This document shows, in pieces, positions 60,640 through 64,000 of a stretch of DNA of 64,000 bases. This DNA is from an uncultured Spirochaetota bacterium. Its GTDB lineage: Bacteria; Spirochaetota; Brevinematia; Brevinematales; JAOACQ01. Within the stretch, counting starts at the first letter, position 1. Every line of letters starts with the position of its first letter. Below the pieces are notes generated by a model. The model searched no databases. It worked only from the letters and a program-made list of their open reading frames with translations, and was not told where the DNA came from. The position numbers were made by a program, and so were the translations under genes. Location: NCBI GenBank assembly GCA_963835575.1, contig CAWIGG010000002.1:1760001-1824000 (forward strand), read 5' to 3'.

Positions 60640-61302
60640 TCAGGTTTTTCTCCAGAAATAGATCACGACTACCGCGAACGGGATCAAAAAAACCAGATCG
60701 CCCAGAAGATATTGATGCGACACAACAGCCATAAAGGTCAGCCAGACAAGGATGTTTGTAATGACCAGCAATTCGCAGACATGGATATTTTCGCGGAATT
60801 CATATTGGAACAGCTTCTGTTCTGCCGTTTTATTATTTTGAATAATATCAAATTCCTTTTTATCAATACCTCTAATGGAACGCGGTATATAATGAAATAT
60901 CGTCCTGTACCATGGACTTCTTTTTCTATACAGCATAGCTTTTTCATCCATCGTATTGATTACCGTGTTTCTTTTATATCCCATCTGTTTTTCCAGTTCA
61001 TCCATCCTTTCAAACTGGAGGCTCTGCACGCTCCTCCAGCGTTTGACAAACCGGAGCCAGACCATGGAGATGATGATGGAAAAAAAAGCGGCCAGTACCG
61101 CCGCAAGCGAATAATTGGAGGAGGCCAGGTCGCTTCTCGCGGCCACCGCGATAAAACCGACGGCTGAACCGATGCCGAAAATGCCTGCCGTCGTCCAGAT
61201 ATTCGTTTCCAGTTTATTGGCATGATCGAAGCAGATCCGGTATTCGCTGTGGAGCTGATCGAATTTCTGTTTATTCATAATTTCCCCTTTTATATACATC
61301 AA
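60640..61302 (-). CDS. hypothetical 4-TM membrane protein
   Basis: Two pairs of hydrophobic segments; likely start MNKQKF with GGGGA RBS. Confidence 0.7.
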   Translation of the reverse strand: MMYIKGEIMNKQKFDQLHSEYRICFDHANKLETNIWTTAGIFGIGSAVGFIAVAARSDLASSNYSLAAVLAAFFSIIISMVWLRFVKRWRSVQSLQFERMDELEKQMGYKRNTVINTMDEKAMLYRKRSPWYRTIFHYIPRSIRGIDKKEFDIIQNNKTAEQKLFQYEFRENIHVCELLVITNILVWLTFMAVVSHQYLLGDLVFLIPFAVVVIYFWRKT

Positions 61303-61335
61303 TTAATAATATATTATCGTTATAAAGTTACCGGA

Positions 61336-62213
61336 ATTGAGTAGGAGGCGGGTTTACACCCGCCGACCTCTCACACCACCGTACGTACGGTTCCGTATAC
61401 GGCGGTTCCAAAATATAATTTCTGATAAATACAAATCTTGTTCAGCATCGATACGAGTCCCATACTGTCGAATAATTTCTTAGGAAAGGCGATGTTCATA
61501 TGTTTGTTGATGAAGCCTTTTAGCTGTTTTACAGTGACTCCGTCAACTCCCGCCGCCCCCTTATTGCTTACCACCCTGTGATAAGCTTCCAGCATGTTCT
61601 CGCGTTTGACCAGACGCTCTATTAAATTTGTTTCATCCGGTGTACTCCTTCTTTGACTCTCTGCACGGATACACGCGCTTTGGCTATTCTTCGGAATTCC
61701 GTCCCTATCCTTTGTCAAAGCCGGAAAGTTTCCTTCCGCTTCTGCGTAAGTTACCGTGTCAGGATTCATAGCGGTACTCCTATAGTTTGGTTCTGCCCTT
61801 CGCCTCCGGTCAAGAGGTTACTATGGCTTCTGCTGACTTCTGAAAACCCCTCTTATCACCTTTCGATGACAATAGCCAATATGTGGCAGGCTGTCAGACC
61901 TCCCCGGGTAATGCGCTCGTTCCTTCACACTTATGTCTGCCGCATCTACGTCATTGCTTTCTGTGTAAGTATCGGGCTTTAACGATAATTGCCGTCTCAC
62001 CCAGCAGTGCCGCCTCTATGCGGTTTCTGTTCGTCAGACCAGTGCTTTGCCTGCAGCTTCCTTCAGATTCCGCCTCACGGCGGACACCCTTGCCGTCTGT
62101 CCCTCACCAGTTTGTCCGGCTGCCCGGAGAAGTTCACAAACTGGTGAGGGATTCCCCTTACCGGGTGCATACGGGACTTTCACCCGCAAGAACGTGCGCC
62201 CTGCCGGGCGCAC
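61336..62213 (-). mobile_element. group IIC intron with internally deleted RT/maturase ORF
   Basis: 5' GTGCGCCCGGC at 62213 directly after a terminator; DV GAACCGCCGTATACGGAACCGTACGTACGGTGGTGTGAGAGG; DVI ending CCTACTCAAT; ORF 61371..61769 is RT0 (NKGAAGVDG) fused to a domain-X-like tail. Confidence 0.92.
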
Positions 62214-62216
62214 AAT

Positions 62217-62248
62217 AAAAAAGGCCCCCTTCTTGAAGGAAGCCTTTA
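62217..62248 (-). terminator. intrinsic terminator of the VWA gene (intron target)
   Basis: Minus strand AAGGCTTCCTTCAAGAAGGGGGCCTTTTTTATT. Confidence 0.75.
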
Positions 62249-62262
62249 TCTTATAATACCAT

Positions 62263-64000
62263 TTATTTATTCTTATTAAGCTCTTCTGAAAGCTTCACAA
62301 GCTGAATAAACTCGCGGCGGTAGCCTTCCGTATCCTGCCCGGTCGATTGGGACGCCAGTTCGATGACGTTATCGAAGCTCGATTTCTCTTTGTATTTTGA
62401 ATTCCGGAGGATCTGCCCCCACTCCGCCACGGAAGCGGCAAACCGGTAGTCGCCGGTTGTTTTATTGAGTTCAAGCGGCACATTTTTTACCGGATAAACG
62501 AGAAGCCGGCTTGTGTCCTCTTTCGGCTTTTTATAGCGGAATTTGATTGTCATCAATTCATCCTTCGCGGCGGCGCTTTCGTTGATCACGGTTGTCTGGT
62601 ATCTCAGGCCGTTCGTTCCGGTTTCCTTTTCAGCGGGAATGATCTCATAAAGCACTGTCACGCTGTGGCCGGCGCCGAGCTCCCCGGCGTCTTTTTTATC
62701 ATCGTCAAAATCCCGCGCGTTCAGGACGCGTTTTTCATAGCCGATCATACGGTACTGCCCGACAACGGCCGGGTTGAACTCGATCTGGATTTTCACATCC
62801 TTGGCTATTGTCAGAAGGGTCCCGCCCATCTGATTCACAAGCACCTTTTTAGCCTCGGAAAGTGTGTCGATATAAGCATAATTGCCGTTACCCTTGTCGG
62901 CGAGCTTGACCATCTTGGAGTCTTTATAATTACCCATGCCGAAGCCGAGTACCGTCAGGAATATGCCTTCATCCCGCTTCTCTTCGATCATGCGCACAAG
63001 CTCACCGTCGCTCGAAGGACCGACGTTAAAATCGCCGTCCGTTGCTAAAATCACGCGGTTGTTGCCGTTCGCATTGTAATACTTCTTTGCCGTTTCGTAG
63101 GCCAGCAGTATCCCTTCGCCTCCGGCCGTCGAACCGCCGGCCTCAAGCCCGTCGATGGCCGCCAGAATTTTCTTTTTGTCCCCGCCGGATGTCGGGGTAA
63201 GGACAAGCCCTGCGTTCCCGGCGTAAACAACAATGGCGATCCTGTCAATAGAGCGCATCTGCTGAACAAGCATCTTCAATGAAGCCTTGACCAGAGGAAG
63301 CTTATTCTCGTCTTCCATGGAGCCGGAGACATCTATCAGAAATACAAGGTTATTCGGAGGCAGATTTTTAACATCCACTTTTCTGGCCTGTAGCCCGACC
63401 CTCAGAAGCATATGCTTTTTATTCCATGGGCAGACGGAATATTCCGTATTGAAAGCCATGGGATCGTCATTCTTCGGCTCGGCGTAATCATAGGAGAAAT
63501 AATTGACCAGTTCCTCTATCCGTACAGCGTCAGGGTATGGAAGCTGTCCCTCGTTCAGGAACCGGCGCACATTGGCGTAGGAAGCCGTGTCGACATCGAT
63601 GGACAATGTGGAGAGCGGCTCTTTTACCGCTTCCTGGAAATCGTTTTCAACTATATTGTCATACGCTTCCGTATTGAAGTCCTGTTTCATCCGCAGTTGA
63701 TTATAAGCTTTCAGAGCCGGTATTTCTTTTTTCTTTTCCACTCCGGCCGGGGTTTCTCTTTCAGAACTCACAGGCGCGAAGCTCAACTCCGTGTCTTTCA
63801 TCGGGCCTTTCGAATCATCAACACTTCTTTTTCCCGCGACTACGCTTTTATCCATTGTCACAGGTTCCGCCGGAATATTTTTATTTTGAGAAGGTTTGTA
63901 TTCCGCACGGTTTTCCGGCTGTTTTGTTTCATCGACCTTATTATTCCCGTAATAGACGGCCGGATGATTTTGAGTCTGATGAGTTGACTCTTTTGTCAGA
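62263..64000 (-). CDS. YfbK-like VWA domain protein; 5' end lies outside the window
   Basis: [43 protein letters not shown]; frame is open to the window edge. Confidence 0.92.
   Translation of the reverse strand, partial: LTKESTHQTQNHPAVYYGNNKVDETKQPENRAEYKPSQNKNIPAEPVTMDKSVVAGKRSVDDSKGPMKDTELSFAPVSSERETPAGVEKKKEIPALKAYNQLRMKQDFNTEAYDNIVENDFQEAVKEPLSTLSIDVDTASYANVRRFLNEGQLPYPDAVRIEELVNYFSYDYAEPKNDDPMAFNTEYSVCPWNKKHMLLRVGLQARKVDVKNLPPNNLVFLIDVSGSMEDENKLPLVKASLKMLVQQMRSIDRIAIVVYAGNAGLVLTPTSGGDKKKILAAIDGLEAGGSTAGGEGILLAYETAKKYYNANGNNRVILATDGDFNVGPSSDGELVRMIEEKRDEGIFLTVLGFGMGNYKDSKMVKLADKGNGNYAYIDTLSEAKKVLVNQMGGTLLTIAKDVKIQIEFNPAVVGQYRMIGYEKRVLNARDFDDDKKDAGELGAGHSVTVLYEIIPAEKETGTNGLRYQTTVINESAAAKDELMTIKFRYKKPKEDTSRLLVYPVKNVPLELNKTTGDYRFAASVAEWGQILRNSKYKEKSSFDNVIELASQSTGQDTEGYRREFIQLVKLSEELNKNK

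Overview
Bacterial chromosomal window. The gene mix suggests an anaerobic, plant-polysaccharide-degrading diderm, possibly a spirochaete (inference only). Recognisable genes: a liv-type ABC operon with paaK, CBM3-bearing GH12 and GH5 lipoproteins, a GH116 glucosidase, alpha-2-macroglobulin plus pbpC, an Rh-type ammonium transporter, GT-C glycosyltransferases, signalling proteins, prfA, tRNA-Ala(CGC) and a YfbK-like VWA gene. The most notable non-genic structure is an integrase-less integron-type cassette array on the minus strand (11345-13351). It has a Pc-like promoter, an attI-like GTTGGAC core, two AT-rich cassettes (an unknown wHTH/coiled-coil protein and a toxin-antitoxin pair) and long attC-like sites. 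Other mobile or repeat structure: an internally deleted group IIC intron carrying a palindromic insert also found at 21.6 kb; an IS91 remnant split by a cargo gene between 129-bp direct repeats; recurring ~23-nt micro-insertions; 7/9/10-nt periodic repeat arms in many intergenic gaps; ~520-bp DUF2934 direct repeats bracketing ~8.4 kb; and a 606-bp in-frame duplication in an adenylate cyclase. Several genes are broken by single-base lesions. All family assignments come from motif recognition by eye; no database search was run.
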